Positions 63,091 through 64,000 of a stretch of DNA of 64,000 bases are shown one piece after another. This DNA comes from Eledone cirrhosa (lineage: Eukaryota). The position numbers were made by a program, and so were the translations under genes. The stretch's first letter is position 1; every line of letters begins with the position of its first letter. The stretch covers positions 86,738,001 to 86,802,000 of the forward strand of contig OZ024741.1 in the NCBI GenBank assembly GCA_964016885.1, read 5' to 3'. The notes beneath the pieces were generated by a model, which ran no database searches, was not told the DNA's origin, and worked only from the letters and a program-made list of their open reading frames with translations.

Positions 63091-63915
63091 CTGGGAAACA
63101 TGACAAATCCTATGGCAAATCTAAATTTATTGTCCACCAAGTACATATTGTATCTTCCAGCAGGCTATCACTATAATTTCTTTTCATTCTACCACTGTTA
63201 GTGTAGGAGCCATCTGATGGCTCCTATAGAACAAGATCACTTGTAGTTCACAGCTGAATACTGACTGGAGGAAAAATCATCTGTGAAATATGTTGGAAAT
63301 CTATCTGAATTCTAGTCTTTTGATTTACAGAGAAAGATATATTTACTTATTTTTTATTCAAGATTTTCTTTAGACACCATCTCATTAAACATGACTGGAA
63401 AAAAGATGTAAAATCTTATCACTGAAATTTAGGACAAAATAATCAAATTTTAATGTAAACCACCATTTTTTAAATAAAAATGTTAATCTATGTTATAATT
63501 GTAATAATTATTACATGTAATTTTTGGATAGTCTAACTTACGTTTTTTTTTAAAATTGATTGACCTCTGAAAAAGATATTTGTAACAAAATCTATACTAT
63601 AATGAAGGGAGGAGTGCGGGACAGCTTACGGTTTATATATTTTAATCCACTTAGTAAAATAAGTTGGATTACTTTGAATGAATAATGAATGGATATTACA
63701 TAATTTATGTACTAAATTTCATAATTCTTGATTAAATATAAATAATTTTATTGTTTATTTAAAATTGACTTCTTTTCAAAGTTTTAAATTTCTAGACTTC
63801 CGGTATATTGCCGCTGCCACCACCACTTCAACTACCATATATATAGAAAGACAGAGTGTGTGATGAGAGAGATACAGATATATTGAGTGATTATATGACA
63901 GATATATATATATAT

Positions 63916-64000
63916 CATCATCATCATCATCATCATCAACGTTTAACGTCCGTGTTCCACGCTTGCATGGGTTTGGACGGGGGTAGTCCCACTTGGGGCA
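63916..64000 (-). mobile_element. 3' tail of an RTE LINE, truncated by the window edge
   Basis: (CAT)n followed by sequence resembling the reverse complement of the RTE tail at 12690-12750; absent from the paralogous (TA)n at ~32215. Confidence 0.75.

Overview
Eukaryotic, AT- and microsatellite-rich window. It is probably from an octopus-type cephalopod genome; this is inferred from the [16 protein letters not shown] zinc-finger cluster and the SINE/LINE content. The window holds about 1.6 copies of a large tandem segmental duplication (1-~32200 vs ~41200-63915). The repeat unit carries two C2H2 zinc-finger genes, many decayed transposons (mariner, RTE and CRE-like LINEs, Gypsy, Chapaev3, SINEs) and a large minus-strand Helitron. 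The main signals are these. (1) A fully base-paired type I hammerhead ribozyme lies in sense orientation just 3' of the Helitron RepHel stop codon in both copies. (2) A Ulp1/C48-like cysteine protease ORF is in the same frame as RepHel, separated from it only by two stop codons. (3) The Helitron units form a head-to-tail chain with exact CTAG|TC joints and a self-complementary terminal palindrome. (4) Two unrelated tandem arrays (593 bp and 310 bp units), each with one hammerhead per unit and an inverted end segment, are inserted into the Helitron's (TA)n tracts; they look like retrozymes, and one has a U3-A8 variant core. All structures were read by eye; no searches or folding programs were run.
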